Assembly (NCBI GenBank): GCA_947459415.1
Contig: CANHDN010000004.1
Location: 1-48,293, forward strand
Direction: 5' to 3'
Length of the DNA stretch: 48,293 nucleotides
DNA from: Bacteroidota bacterium
GTDB taxonomy: Bacteria; Bacteroidota; Bacteroidia; UKL13-3
In this document: positions 8,601 to 19,018 of the stretch, one piece after another
How the letters are laid out: each line of letters starts with the position of its first letter
Numbering within the stretch: the stretch's first letter is position 1
Program-made: the position numbers and the translations under genes
Notes under the pieces: generated by a model
What the model was told of the DNA's origin: nothing
Seen by the model: only the letters and a program-made list of their open reading frames with translations
Database searches by the model: none

Positions 8601-10331
8601 ATGCGTTTAAAGTCTCCCCCTATATTTATTTTTTCAATAATACTACTAGTGGGTTTACTAGCTAGTACTTTTTCGCATGCACAAAAGAGATTTAGTCTAC
8701 CTAAGATTCCCCAAATTCATTTTGGTCTTCCACATTTCAAAAATCCTTTTGTAAAAGATAGTACTAATAAATCTTTCAATAATAAACGTTGGTTTAAATA
8801 TCAAAAAGAAGCTCCTTATACTAAAAATGAAAATGCTATGCCTATCGCAGTGGGCTACACCGATTTTGATGAAAATATCAGGGACTTACAATTATTAGGA
8901 AAACTACCTGCAAATAATTCCTTAACCATTAGACCTTATATCTTACCCAAATCGGTAACTTATGATAGTTTATTAAAAGCCATTGATCCAACTTTAAAAA
9001 ATAATGGGCACTTGGTGCATAAAAAACATTTTGATCTTCAATTATTGCCATTTAACTATTTACAAAAATACAATTCACACCACCCTTATGGCTGGAACGA
9101 TGGACCACTCAGTTTTTCTAAAGGGTATCAGTATCTAGTCAGTGGTGGAGTTTATATGCACTGGAGAAATATTCATTTAACCCTTCGACCAGAATATTTT
9201 CGTACAGCTAGTGATCAATATGAAACCAGTGCCGAATGGGGACAAGTGAATCCAAGTTTGAATAAATTGATTTTAGGACAAAGTAGTTTAAGAATTGATT
9301 TTGGACCGTTAAGTATAAATGCTGGATCAAATAATATTTGGAGAGGGCCTGGTATAATTAGTTCTTTGTTAATGACTAATAATGCTCAAGGATTTAATCA
9401 TATCGGATTTAATACAATAAGACCGATTAAAACACCGTTAGGTAGTTTTGAATTTTCTCTATTTGGCGGAACTTTAATACAAAATCCAAATCAAGGATTT
9501 GAAAATAGACTCTTAAAGAGAACACCTATTGATCCATATACAAAATATTTAAATTCTGTTACAATAACCTATAACCCATTTTTATTTAAAAATTTATACT
9601 TGGGGTTCAATAGGGTATTTATTCAGCCTACTCTTCAAGAGAAAAGTAAAAATTTCAAAGTTGATTACATACCTGTTTTATTACCATTTTTTAGAAATGT
9701 TTATCAAGATAACGATAAGCCAATTGATCAAGTTCTAAGTGGGTTTATAAAATATTTATTTATTAATGAAAATGCAGAACTATATTTTGAATATGGATAT
9801 AATGACGGGAAATCTAATTTGAGAGATTTATTGTTAGATAATTCACATTCCTCGGCCTCAATATTAGGACTAAAAAAAATTGTAAAATTAAAAAGAAATT
9901 ATTTTTTAAATATAGAATTGGAAGCGACAAGAATGGCGCAAACGCCAAGTTATCTTCAAAGACAAGCAGGGAACTGGTATGTTCATACTTTTACTGGATT
10001 TAGTAATCAAAACCAAATATTAGGAGCCGGAAGTGGTTGGGGCAATAATTTACAAACAATAAACCTTAGTCTAAATAAAAATTTAACTAAAATTGGTATT
10101 AGATTTCAAAATATCCTTCAAAATCCATCTGGTGGAATCAACCTTTTTGATGAAAAAGGTGGTCTGGCACAATGGCGTGATTTTTCTTATGGATTAATTT
10201 ACAAACAAAAATTTCATAAATTGATTTTTAATTTAAATATTGAATTCATTAATTCAGAAAATTATGCAAGAATAGAAAATAAAAGTGCTAACAATTTTTA
10301 TATGTTTTTTAATACTTTATATATATGGTAA
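8601..10331 (+). CDS. wzi: Capsule assembly Wzi-family outer-membrane protein, copy 1
   Basis: Signal peptide ending SHA-Q, NIWRGPG...SLLMTNNA motif, amphipathic beta strands, C-terminal aromatic (YIW). ATG 8601 preferred over GTG 8592. Confidence 0.78.
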   Translation: MRLKSPPIFIFSIILLVGLLASTFSHAQKRFSLPKIPQIHFGLPHFKNPFVKDSTNKSFNNKRWFKYQKEAPYTKNENAMPIAVGYTDFDENIRDLQLLGKLPANNSLTIRPYILPKSVTYDSLLKAIDPTLKNNGHLVHKKHFDLQLLPFNYLQKYNSHHPYGWNDGPLSFSKGYQYLVSGGVYMHWRNIHLTLRPEYFRTASDQYETSAEWGQVNPSLNKLILGQSSLRIDFGPLSINAGSNNIWRGPGIISSLLMTNNAQGFNHIGFNTIRPIKTPLGSFEFSLFGGTLIQNPNQGFENRLLKRTPIDPYTKYLNSVTITYNPFLFKNLYLGFNRVFIQPTLQEKSKNFKVDYIPVLLPFFRNVYQDNDKPIDQVLSGFIKYLFINENAELYFEYGYNDGKSNLRDLLLDNSHSSASILGLKKIVKLKRNYFLNIELEATRMAQTPSYLQRQAGNWYVHTFTGFSNQNQILGAGSGWGNNLQTINLSLNKNLTKIGIRFQNILQNPSGGINLFDEKGGLAQWRDFSYGLIYKQKFHKLIFNLNIEFINSENYARIENKSANNFYMFFNTLYIW

Positions 10332-12001
10332 AAAAAGACATTTTAATTCGACTTATTTTATTTTTATTTCCAATTCCAATTTTTTCTCAAAATACCTTTT
10401 TGGATGAAATTCATTTAATGGACTATCAAAAAACTTTTCAATTAAAAGATGATTCAACTAAAAAAATAGAGAATTCTTTTATGATCAGATCAACAAGTTC
10501 ATTTCAAAACATTCAAAATATATTCAATAAGAAAACTAAGAATATTATAAAATCAATTAAGTTTGGGTATGACTTTCAAAATAATTCTTTGTTGCCTCAA
10601 AGTATTAATGATGGTCTAATGTATCCGGCAAGAGGTTGGCAAGAGCGATATAGTATTGGAATAAATCTCCAATGGGGAATTTTAGATATCAATTATCAAC
10701 CCGAAAAATTACTTGTCCAGAATATACCACAAGAATATTATGCTGGAAATCCCGAAGACGGTAATTTCATGTTTAAGTATTTTGGTATGGTGGCTAATAA
10801 TATTGATCATTTTCGCCAATTTGGTTATGATAGAATTGATACAACAAGTTTTGGTCAATCTAGGATTGGAATTAAAACAAATTTTCTAACTTTTGGTTAT
10901 TCTGCTGAAAATATATGGTGGGGTCCTGGAAAAAGGAATAGTTTAATTTTCACCAATAATGCAGGTGGTTTTCGACATTATTATTTAAATACTGTAAAAC
11001 CAATAAAATCAAGTATTGGTAATTTTGAATTTAGTGCAATTGCAGGTATTTTAGATACTACATGGTTTACAGATATTGACCAAGAATTGTTAAATGTCTG
11101 CCAGCCTTGTAAGGTATTTAAGAATCTAGATCAAAGAAGGATAGATGCAATAACAATTAATTGGAGTCCTAAGTGGGTTCCTAATTTATATTTGGGCTAT
11201 GCATTTTCAAGACAATATTATGCTAATCAAAAAAATGAATTTGGTCTACCATATAGTTTCTTTAGTAAAGATCGGATACAACAAAATATAGGTTCTTTTA
11301 TGTTTCGATTTTCTATGCCTAAAGATCATGCAGAATTTTATGGAGAAATTGGATTACCTGATGTGGCTCCCTATCCTTGGAAATTTTTTAAAGATAAGAA
11401 TCCAAGAACTGGATATGTATTTGGTGCAACTAAATTAGTTTTAATAAATAAAGGCAAGTCGTATTTTAATTTAAATTTAGAATTTACTCAATTACAATTA
11501 ATGAATCCAAAAAATATCTTTAATTTAGGTTATCCATTTGCTGGAGGAAAAGCAAATAGTTGGTATTTGAATAAAAATATTAAACAAGGGTATTCAAATA
11601 ACGGACAATTATTAGGAGCTTTTATTGGTCCAGGATCAAATAGTCAAAGTTTCTCTTTCAGTTGGAATAAGGGATACAATAAAATAGGATTATTTGTTGA
11701 AAGAATTGCCCATAATAATGATTTTTATTATAGTGTATACTATAACCCGTTTGCAAGTGGATTTGGATATGGTTATTATAATCGATATTGGGTAGATATT
11801 AATACTAAACTAGAGTTTCAGTTAATGCCTATTAAAAATATTTTATTATCTACAGGTTTTGTTAATACTAATGCCATGAATTATAGATGGATAAGATACG
11901 AGGATGGTTCCCTATATGATGAACCATCTAGTTTAACCGATAAATTCAATCAACAATTCCAATTATCTATAAAATATTTGCTTCATGCAGTTATTAAATA
12001 G
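10325..12001 (+). CDS. wzi: Capsule assembly Wzi-family outer-membrane protein, copy 2
   Basis: Signal peptide ending FS-Q, ENIWWGPGKRNSLIFTNNA, GQLLGAFIGPGSNSQ. Confidence 0.8.
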   Translation: MVKKDILIRLILFLFPIPIFSQNTFLDEIHLMDYQKTFQLKDDSTKKIENSFMIRSTSSFQNIQNIFNKKTKNIIKSIKFGYDFQNNSLLPQSINDGLMYPARGWQERYSIGINLQWGILDINYQPEKLLVQNIPQEYYAGNPEDGNFMFKYFGMVANNIDHFRQFGYDRIDTTSFGQSRIGIKTNFLTFGYSAENIWWGPGKRNSLIFTNNAGGFRHYYLNTVKPIKSSIGNFEFSAIAGILDTTWFTDIDQELLNVCQPCKVFKNLDQRRIDAITINWSPKWVPNLYLGYAFSRQYYANQKNEFGLPYSFFSKDRIQQNIGSFMFRFSMPKDHAEFYGEIGLPDVAPYPWKFFKDKNPRTGYVFGATKLVLINKGKSYFNLNLEFTQLQLMNPKNIFNLGYPFAGGKANSWYLNKNIKQGYSNNGQLLGAFIGPGSNSQSFSFSWNKGYNKIGLFVERIAHNNDFYYSVYYNPFASGFGYGYYNRYWVDINTKLEFQLMPIKNILLSTGFVNTNAMNYRWIRYEDGSLYDEPSSLTDKFNQQFQLSIKYLLHAVIK

Positions 12002-13244
12002 AATATATATAAGAACTTATTTTATCATTTTGATGCTATATGCATTTTTTAATAAAGGCATTGCATACTCTTATTTAGCAGAAGTTATATTGATTGCCGG
12101 GGTTGTTTTAATATTTTTGAATAGAAGGCATTTTGAACTACATCTTGATAAAAGACACCTAATCATTATATCATTAATTATAATTATGTTTATTTATATT
12201 TTATTTGGATTAGTAAAATATAACATCTTTAATGTCATAAGAGATTCTTTGGCTATTCAGTATGCATGGTTTACTATAATATTATTTTATTTCAAAGATG
12301 AGCGAAATTTTATTTGGCAAAGTTTAATACAAATTTACAAATGGATTCCTTTTGTCTTATTTTTGAATTTTTTATTATTTTATTATGTTTTTTTAAATTT
12401 ACCTCCCATTGAAATTTTTGGAGGTCAGCATATACTTCTTTATAAAAATGGAGATAAGTCTTTACACTTATTGATTAGTTCAATTTTAATGATTCTTTTT
12501 ACTGAAAAGTATACTCGTAATTGGATAATATTAAATTCTATTTTAATTTTCATCAATTTATTGATTTTATTGGCCTTTACAAGGTCTGGAAGTCTTGCTT
12601 ATTTAGCTGGCATTTTTTGTTTTTTCTTTTTCTCCAAAACGAGTTTAATCACAGATGGTTTAAGAAAAGTATTGAAGTTTATTCCTTTACTTTTAATAAT
12701 TGTATTTGGTGTGTTTGCTGCTATAGAAATTGAGGGAGATGCACAAGGAAGAACGATTAGCTTATCTCAAATAACCGATAATTTTAGTTCTATTGTTAGT
12801 AGTGATATTGATGGAAGTTTAACAGATAATAAGGTTTGGCGTTTGGTATGGTGGGCTAAACTATTAAATCAAAGTTTCACATTAGAACATTTTTTTATTG
12901 GCAAAGGTTTGGGAATGAGTTTAGCAGGTAATGATTTAACTAGTGTGGATGAAAACCTAAGATCACCTCATAATTTTCATTTAACCATTATTGCAAGGTT
13001 TGGCTATATTATTTTCTTTATTTGGTTGTATTGGTTATGGTTATTGTTTAAACCATTGTTTACTAAAAAACTATCAGGTAAGACATTAGGATTAACCTGT
13101 ATATTGTTAGCTTATATTATCAACGGAAGTTTTGATGTATTTTTTGAAGGACCCATGGGTGCTTTCCCTTTTTGGACATTGGTTGGTCTATTGTTAATAG
13201 AAGAGTATTACAGTGCTTATAAACCAAATGAAATGCCAAATTGA
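11985..13244 (+). CDS. O-antigen ligase / Wzy-family membrane protein
   Basis: About 11-12 TM segments, TRSG, IGKGLG and SPHN motifs typical of WaaL/Wzy_C. Confidence 0.8.
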   Translation: MQLLNRIYIRTYFIILMLYAFFNKGIAYSYLAEVILIAGVVLIFLNRRHFELHLDKRHLIIISLIIIMFIYILFGLVKYNIFNVIRDSLAIQYAWFTIILFYFKDERNFIWQSLIQIYKWIPFVLFLNFLLFYYVFLNLPPIEIFGGQHILLYKNGDKSLHLLISSILMILFTEKYTRNWIILNSILIFINLLILLAFTRSGSLAYLAGIFCFFFFSKTSLITDGLRKVLKFIPLLLIIVFGVFAAIEIEGDAQGRTISLSQITDNFSSIVSSDIDGSLTDNKVWRLVWWAKLLNQSFTLEHFFIGKGLGMSLAGNDLTSVDENLRSPHNFHLTIIARFGYIIFFIWLYWLWLLFKPLFTKKLSGKTLGLTCILLAYIINGSFDVFFEGPMGAFPFWTLVGLLLIEEYYSAYKPNEMPN

Positions 13245-14842
13245 TAGGTATTTTTGCTTAGTCTTCTTTCAATTGATGTATTGAGGTAAAGGTTATTAAT
13301 CCATTCGTATCTTAATTGAATCAACCAATCTGTTCTATTAAATTGCAAATTATTTAAAAAAGCTGGTTGTGGTTGCATTACATATTGTTCATAAATGGTC
13401 CCGTTTCCCCCTTTTCTTATTTGTTGCATTCTTGCGTATAACTGTAATTTAGCAATTGGGTTATATCTAGCATAAATTATTGCTCTATCAAAATTATTTC
13501 CCATCCAATCACCCAAATTAAAATTATAAGATGTATAGGTTTGGGCAGGTATAAGATTATTGTATACAAAAGGATTGACTCTTGTATATTCAGTACCAAT
13601 AGTTAAATAAGGTATTAAAAGATCTGTTATTGATGCTCCAATAGTATATCCAAGCTGATTTCTTTTTTCTTTTTGATTGAATAGTGCACTCACCTTAATT
13701 TCATCAATAAAGAGGGTCCCATAAATATGCGTATTCTTGATTTGATTACGAGAGTTGATAGAAAAAAAGTATTGTCCATTAGAACCTGCTTCAATTAAAT
13801 AGTTACTTCTATTATTATCATAAAATTTAAATAGGTTAACTGGAATTAAAAATCCCAAGTCCATTTTATCGCTATACACAATTGATTCACCAATAGCCAA
13901 ATTTAAACCCTTCATAGGAGTGATTTGAATACTATGAGTGGCAAAGAATTTTTGCACAAATAGTGTTCTTTTATCATTTTCTAATCTTCCAGAATTATTC
14001 AAATAAGATAGACTTGAATCTGTTATATTTGAATTTAACCAAGCATGAGAATAATTAAAGCTTAACCACTTTAAAGGATTATAATCCAATCTGATGTATG
14101 GATATGAAGGAACTTTATTGGATAAAACAATATTGCCGTTTTCACCATAGCCCCAAATTAAATTATCTTTTCCCACACTGATATTTCCATGCTTCCATTT
14201 ATAATTGATACTGGCTCTTAAATCCGTATAGTTTATTGAATTGATTTTTTGAGTTCCAACTAAAATTCTTCCAGGCAAAGGAGTTGCTTTTAGATTGTTT
14301 GAAATTAGATTACCATTTTCAGTATAGTCTCTATAATAAATTTGATATCCCCAGTTCTTATTTTTACCAATGGCTCCCCATATTTCAAAACCACTAGATA
14401 GTATATTAGTTGATTTATTGTTATTCGAATAACTATTTACACCAAATAATGGATCTGCGTGTAGTTCAAAATCCGAATTTACTATGTTGAAAAACCTCCA
14501 ACGATTATTGGCATCTTTTTTTAATAAATCCAAAATTGAGTCATTATTGAAGACAGGTCGGTATTCTTGTAAATAAAATTCAAGTTCATTCTTCTCTACC
14601 AATGTCAATGCCTTCTTTTTAGTGGATAATTCAAGTAAAGCTGTTTGAATTTGATTTCGATTGACTGGTTTGATTAAATCATTGAAATCAATTAAACCCT
14701 TTTGAGCCATTCTACTTAAATAGGTATAAATAGGACTATTGGGATTTTCCCAAATATTTTGTGCTTTTGAATTATTCAATACAAAAACTAAAAGAAGAAA
14801 AAGAAATAGATATTTCTTTAAGCTGAAATTTTTAATAAGCAT
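13217..14842 (-). CDS. Wzi-like outer-membrane beta-barrel protein, copy 3 (divergent)
   Basis: Signal peptide ending SKA-Q, GKDNLIWGYGENGNIVLSN, EYTRVNPFVY, LGDWMGNNFD. Confidence 0.68.
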   Translation of the reverse strand: MLIKNFSLKKYLFLFLLLVFVLNNSKAQNIWENPNSPIYTYLSRMAQKGLIDFNDLIKPVNRNQIQTALLELSTKKKALTLVEKNELEFYLQEYRPVFNNDSILDLLKKDANNRWRFFNIVNSDFELHADPLFGVNSYSNNNKSTNILSSGFEIWGAIGKNKNWGYQIYYRDYTENGNLISNNLKATPLPGRILVGTQKINSINYTDLRASINYKWKHGNISVGKDNLIWGYGENGNIVLSNKVPSYPYIRLDYNPLKWLSFNYSHAWLNSNITDSSLSYLNNSGRLENDKRTLFVQKFFATHSIQITPMKGLNLAIGESIVYSDKMDLGFLIPVNLFKFYDNNRSNYLIEAGSNGQYFFSINSRNQIKNTHIYGTLFIDEIKVSALFNQKEKRNQLGYTIGASITDLLIPYLTIGTEYTRVNPFVYNNLIPAQTYTSYNFNLGDWMGNNFDRAIIYARYNPIAKLQLYARMQQIRKGGNGTIYEQYVMQPQPAFLNNLQFNRTDWLIQLRYEWINNLYLNTSIERRLSKNTYQFGISFGL

Positions 14843-16226
14843 TTTGATCCCCCCTAAATATATTGATCACTGTTTGGATGATGATTTGTAAATCTAACCA
14901 GAAATTCCATCTTTGAATATAGTATAAATCAAAGTTGACCCTTCTTTGCATATCTTCAGTTGTTTTGGTCTCCCCTCTACAACCGTTTACTTGAGCCAAA
15001 CCTGTAATGCCTGGTATCACTTTATGTCTTAACATATAGTTATCCACCGTTTCCATGGATTCTAAATTTAACTGTGTAGGATGTGGTCTTGGGCCTACCA
15101 CTGACATATTACCAATTAATACATTCCAAAATTGTGGTAATTCATCCATATTGGTTTTACGCAATATTCTTCCAATCAAAGTGATGCGAGGATCATCTTT
15201 TTGCGCTTGATTGTATTTTCCATCTTCATCAATATCGCTACTTTCTTCGATCATAGATCTAAATTTGTAGCAAATAATTTTATTATTATTAATTCCCCAT
15301 CTTTCTTGTTTGAAAAACACTGGGCCTTTTGAGGTTAATTTGATAATGATGGCTATTAAAGGAAAAATCCAAAATCCAATCAATAAAAAAAACATAATAG
15401 AAAAGAAGATATCAAAACCTCTTTTCAATAATCTATTTTCTGTTTTATCTAATGGCAGATCTCCTACATTCACTACTGGCAATAAGCCAATATTGTTGAT
15501 ATAAACAGAACTTGAAGTTATTTCGGTTAAATTGGGAAGAATTCTAACTTTAATATTGTTATGATCACATATGGCAATAGTGCTTTGAATTTTTTCATTT
15601 TCGCTGGTGGGTAAAGCAATGAAAACCTCGTCTATGTTTTGATTTTTAATAATTTCTTGAAGATTAGAGAAACCACCTAAATAATCACTTTCCAGGTGAG
15701 AGTTTCTAATTTCATCAACATAGCCAATACACTTGTATCCATAATAATAATATTTCTTAACGGCATTAATAAAATCGTCGGCTGCTTTTGTAGAACCTAC
15801 TAACAACACATAGTCATAAAATATGCCCTTATTCAAATTGGCGTGAATTTTTTTTCTAATACCATATTTGGTTAAAATGGCTAAAATGGCCAAAAAATTA
15901 ATATAAACAATGATAAATTTAGAAGGAAATTTATGGTTTAGGTTTAAAAAGAATAATAAGGATGTAAGGCTAACTACAAATAATATGGAGTGGTAAATAA
16001 TTTGAACCATCTCTTCTGAAAATTTATTGGATCTCTTTTCTATATATATTTTTGAAAAAAAAGACATTGAAAACCATAAAATTATAGATAATATAAAAAA
16101 ATTATAACTAAAATTATGTAAATCAGCTTCTTGTACTATAATTTTGGAAATGCTATATGCAATCAATATAATAATTATATCTAAAGTGTAGCTAATATTT
16201 TTAAGAAACTGTTGTTGTTTCTTCAT
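14832..16226 (-). CDS. wcaJ: Undecaprenyl-phosphate glucose phosphotransferase (initiating PGT)
   Basis: Four N-terminal TMs, CoA-binding-like domain, KRGFD, YKFRSM, DELPQFWNVLIGNMSVVGPRP, PGITGLAQVNG. Confidence 0.92.
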   Translation of the reverse strand: MKKQQQFLKNISYTLDIIIILIAYSISKIIVQEADLHNFSYNFFILSIILWFSMSFFSKIYIEKRSNKFSEEMVQIIYHSILFVVSLTSLLFFLNLNHKFPSKFIIVYINFLAILAILTKYGIRKKIHANLNKGIFYDYVLLVGSTKAADDFINAVKKYYYYGYKCIGYVDEIRNSHLESDYLGGFSNLQEIIKNQNIDEVFIALPTSENEKIQSTIAICDHNNIKVRILPNLTEITSSSVYINNIGLLPVVNVGDLPLDKTENRLLKRGFDIFFSIMFFLLIGFWIFPLIAIIIKLTSKGPVFFKQERWGINNNKIICYKFRSMIEESSDIDEDGKYNQAQKDDPRITLIGRILRKTNMDELPQFWNVLIGNMSVVGPRPHPTQLNLESMETVDNYMLRHKVIPGITGLAQVNGCRGETKTTEDMQRRVNFDLYYIQRWNFWLDLQIIIQTVINIFRGDQNAY

Positions 16227-16251
16227 GCCGGAGTATACTTTATTAATATTC

Positions 16252-16259
16252 CAAAGTTA
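16252..16259 (-). promoter_or_regulatory. Bacteroidota -7 promoter element for wcaJ
   Basis: CAAAGTTA on + reads TAACTTTG on -, 25 nt upstream of ATG 16226. Confidence 0.6.
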
Positions 16260-16330
16260 AATTAAATAATGTAAACAAAAAACTTTCAAAACAAGTGCTT
16301 ACTTTTCATCAGTTTATGCAAAATATTACT

Positions 16331-16338
16331 TATTTTTG
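16331..16338 (+). promoter_or_regulatory. Candidate -7 promoter element for the long rightward operon
   Basis: TATTTTTG fits TAnnTTTG, 100 nt upstream of ATG 16439. The AT-rich context makes a chance match possible. Confidence 0.35.
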
Positions 16339-16438
16339 TAATTGAATTTCTTTCACGATTCAAAAACGTAATTAAGTACTTATTGTGACTTAAAATGCGA
16401 TAGCTTGCCAAAATTTTTACAATTGTTAAATATTCTTT

Positions 16439-18994
16439 ATGAAACTAGTCAAGTACTTTCTTGCCACTGCTTTAATCACTATTTCATTGATTTCTTTAGC
16501 CCAAGACCCACTTGCGGGTAGAGACTTAAGTAATATTAAAGTAGAAGCACTTACCGAAACACAGATTAATCAAGTAAAATCTGAATTACAAAAAAGAGGT
16601 TTTACGATTGAACAAGTTGAAGCTCAAGCGATAGCTAAAGGTATGCCTCCCGCAGAATTTGCTAAATTAAAAGATAGAATCAACAATAATACTGGTATTG
16701 TAATGGCTAAATCAAAGAGCCCCAATAGCGCAAAAGTGCAAACCAACAGTGCAGTAATTGGAAAAGATAGTACCTCATTATCAATCAATGCTAATATCAA
16801 TCCATTATTATATGGTTCTGAATTATTTATCAATAGTGCTTCTGCTAATGCAGCAAATAAATCTATAGCCACACCTACCAATTATGAAATTGGGCCAAAT
16901 GATGTTTTGAAATTGGTTATTTATGGAGTGCAAGAATATTCGTCTGATTTGGTTGTAACCAAAGAAGGAAAGGTTTATGTAGATAATGTAGGCAATATTA
17001 AAGTCGGTGGATTGACCATTGAGGCAGCTAAAACAAGAATTAAACAACAAATGGCAACTACTGCTTATTCGAGTTTAAGTAGAGGGGAATCAAAGATTGA
17101 TTTAACCTTAGGCGATATTAGAACTATTCATGTAAATTTAATAGGGGCTTATAAAAGTGGTACTATGAATGTGTCTTCTTTGTCAAATGTAATTAGTGTG
17201 TTGACTGAAGCAGGTGGTCCAAATAATATTGGATCGTATAGAGAAATTGAAGTAATTAGAGATAATAAATTATTCAAGAAAGTAGACTTATATAAGTTTA
17301 TGCAGTATGGTGACCAATCTCAAAATATTGGTTTAAAAGACAATGATATTATTAGAGTACCTGCCTTTAAACAAAGGATAGAGATTAAAGGTGAAGTAAA
17401 AAGACCAGGAATTTTTGAAGTAATTGGCACAGAAAGTTTTGCTCAAATTTTACAATATGCTGGTGGTTTTACTGATAATGCTTATTCTGCTTGGGTGAAG
17501 ATTATTCAAAAAAATGATAAAGAAAAATCAGTCAAAGATGTTTCCAATACAGATTTTAATAAATATATGCCCAAGGGTGGGGATCAAATAACCGTTTCTA
17601 AAATAATTAACCGTTTTCAAAATAGAGTAACATTGTCTGGAGCAGTATATCGTCCTGATGTATATGAATTAACACCAGGAATGAAAGTGGCTGATTTGAT
17701 TTATAGAGCAGATGGATTAAAAGAAGATGCTTTTATTGGTAGAGCACAATTAATCAGGACCAAACCTAATTTATTGAAAGAAATGATTAGTATTAATCTT
17801 TCAAAAGCGTTAGAAAAAAATCCAGCAGACAATATTGAATTACAAAGAGAGGATGAATTGTATATTAATTCTATTTTAGAATTAAGAGATTCTTTGACAG
17901 TTGAATTACTTGGAGAAGTAAGATCTTCTGGTACATTCAATTATATAGATAGCATGACTGTGAAGGATTTAATTTTAATGGCTGGCGGTTTTACCTATGC
18001 TGCGAATAAAAATATAGAAGTAGCTAGATTAGTGAAGTATGGCGATAGGGTAGAAAATACAGAAGTAACTCAAATCTTAAAAACTGAAATCAATGGTGAT
18101 TTAAGTTTTAATCCAGGGCAAGAAAATTTTGTATTACAGCCATTAGATGTTGTAACCATAACTAAAAAAGTTGGATATACTTTACCAGAAATAGTAACTA
18201 TAAGTGGTCAAGTACAAAGTGCAGGAAAATATACTTTAAGTTCAAGAGTAGAAAGAGTAAGTGATATTGTAAAAAGAGCAGGCGGATTAATTGGAGAAGC
18301 ATACGGTGAAGGCGCCTTTATTAAAAGAAGAAGATTTGATATTGATTCCTTAAAATCAGATGAAACTAAAACATCCATTGAGCTGGCTTATACTAGAAAG
18401 TTTAAGGCGAAACAAGAAGCCGATAGAGCAAGTATTTTAAACAGTTCTAATGCTTCTGCTATTACAACAGCTTCGGATATTAATTTAAATCCTGAATCAA
18501 AAACCATTAAATTAAAAGATACTTTAAATGCCTTATTCAAAGAATTAGATGAAGATTATTATCAAATTGCGATTGATATCAATTATATCATGAAGAACCC
18601 TGGTTCTGAATTAGACTTGGTATTAAGAGGCAAGGATGAGATTGTTATTCCTAAGATGGACAACAGGGTAAAAATAAGTGGTGGTGTATTAAGACCAACC
18701 AATATTGTTTATAGAGATGGATTAACTATAGGAGAGTGTATTAGTGCTGCGGGTGGAATTTCAGAATACGCAAAAAGAGGTAGAGCTTATGTTATTTATG
18801 CGAATGGTAAATCTAATAGAACTAAAACTTTCGGATTATTCAGAATTAATCCAAGAATCAAACCCGGTGCGGAAGTAGTATTACCGGAAACTGATGCTAA
18901 GAAAGAGAAAGCTATTACAACGATTATTCAATTCACTACTGTATTGGCACAAGTTGTCTCTGCATTAGCTACTATCAGTTTGTTGCAAAAATAA
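16439..18994 (+). CDS. wza: Polysaccharide export protein with multiple SLBB domains (large Wza/KpsD type)
   Basis: Signal peptide ending SLA-Q (no lipobox), Poly_export block YEIGPNDVL, repeated GEVxxPG/AGG SLBB units, C-terminal amphipathic helix. Confidence 0.9.
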   Translation: MKLVKYFLATALITISLISLAQDPLAGRDLSNIKVEALTETQINQVKSELQKRGFTIEQVEAQAIAKGMPPAEFAKLKDRINNNTGIVMAKSKSPNSAKVQTNSAVIGKDSTSLSINANINPLLYGSELFINSASANAANKSIATPTNYEIGPNDVLKLVIYGVQEYSSDLVVTKEGKVYVDNVGNIKVGGLTIEAAKTRIKQQMATTAYSSLSRGESKIDLTLGDIRTIHVNLIGAYKSGTMNVSSLSNVISVLTEAGGPNNIGSYREIEVIRDNKLFKKVDLYKFMQYGDQSQNIGLKDNDIIRVPAFKQRIEIKGEVKRPGIFEVIGTESFAQILQYAGGFTDNAYSAWVKIIQKNDKEKSVKDVSNTDFNKYMPKGGDQITVSKIINRFQNRVTLSGAVYRPDVYELTPGMKVADLIYRADGLKEDAFIGRAQLIRTKPNLLKEMISINLSKALEKNPADNIELQREDELYINSILELRDSLTVELLGEVRSSGTFNYIDSMTVKDLILMAGGFTYAANKNIEVARLVKYGDRVENTEVTQILKTEINGDLSFNPGQENFVLQPLDVVTITKKVGYTLPEIVTISGQVQSAGKYTLSSRVERVSDIVKRAGGLIGEAYGEGAFIKRRRFDIDSLKSDETKTSIELAYTRKFKAKQEADRASILNSSNASAITTASDINLNPESKTIKLKDTLNALFKELDEDYYQIAIDINYIMKNPGSELDLVLRGKDEIVIPKMDNRVKISGGVLRPTNIVYRDGLTIGECISAAGGISEYAKRGRAYVIYANGKSNRTKTFGLFRINPRIKPGAEVVLPETDAKKEKAITTIIQFTTVLAQVVSALATISLLQK

Positions 18995-19018
18995 TCCAAC
19001 CAATATAATAATCACAAA

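Noticed and set aside
16227-16438. Invertible (phase-variable) capsule promoter as in Bacteroides
   Set aside because: No convincing long inverted repeats flank a promoter, and there is no recombinase in the window.
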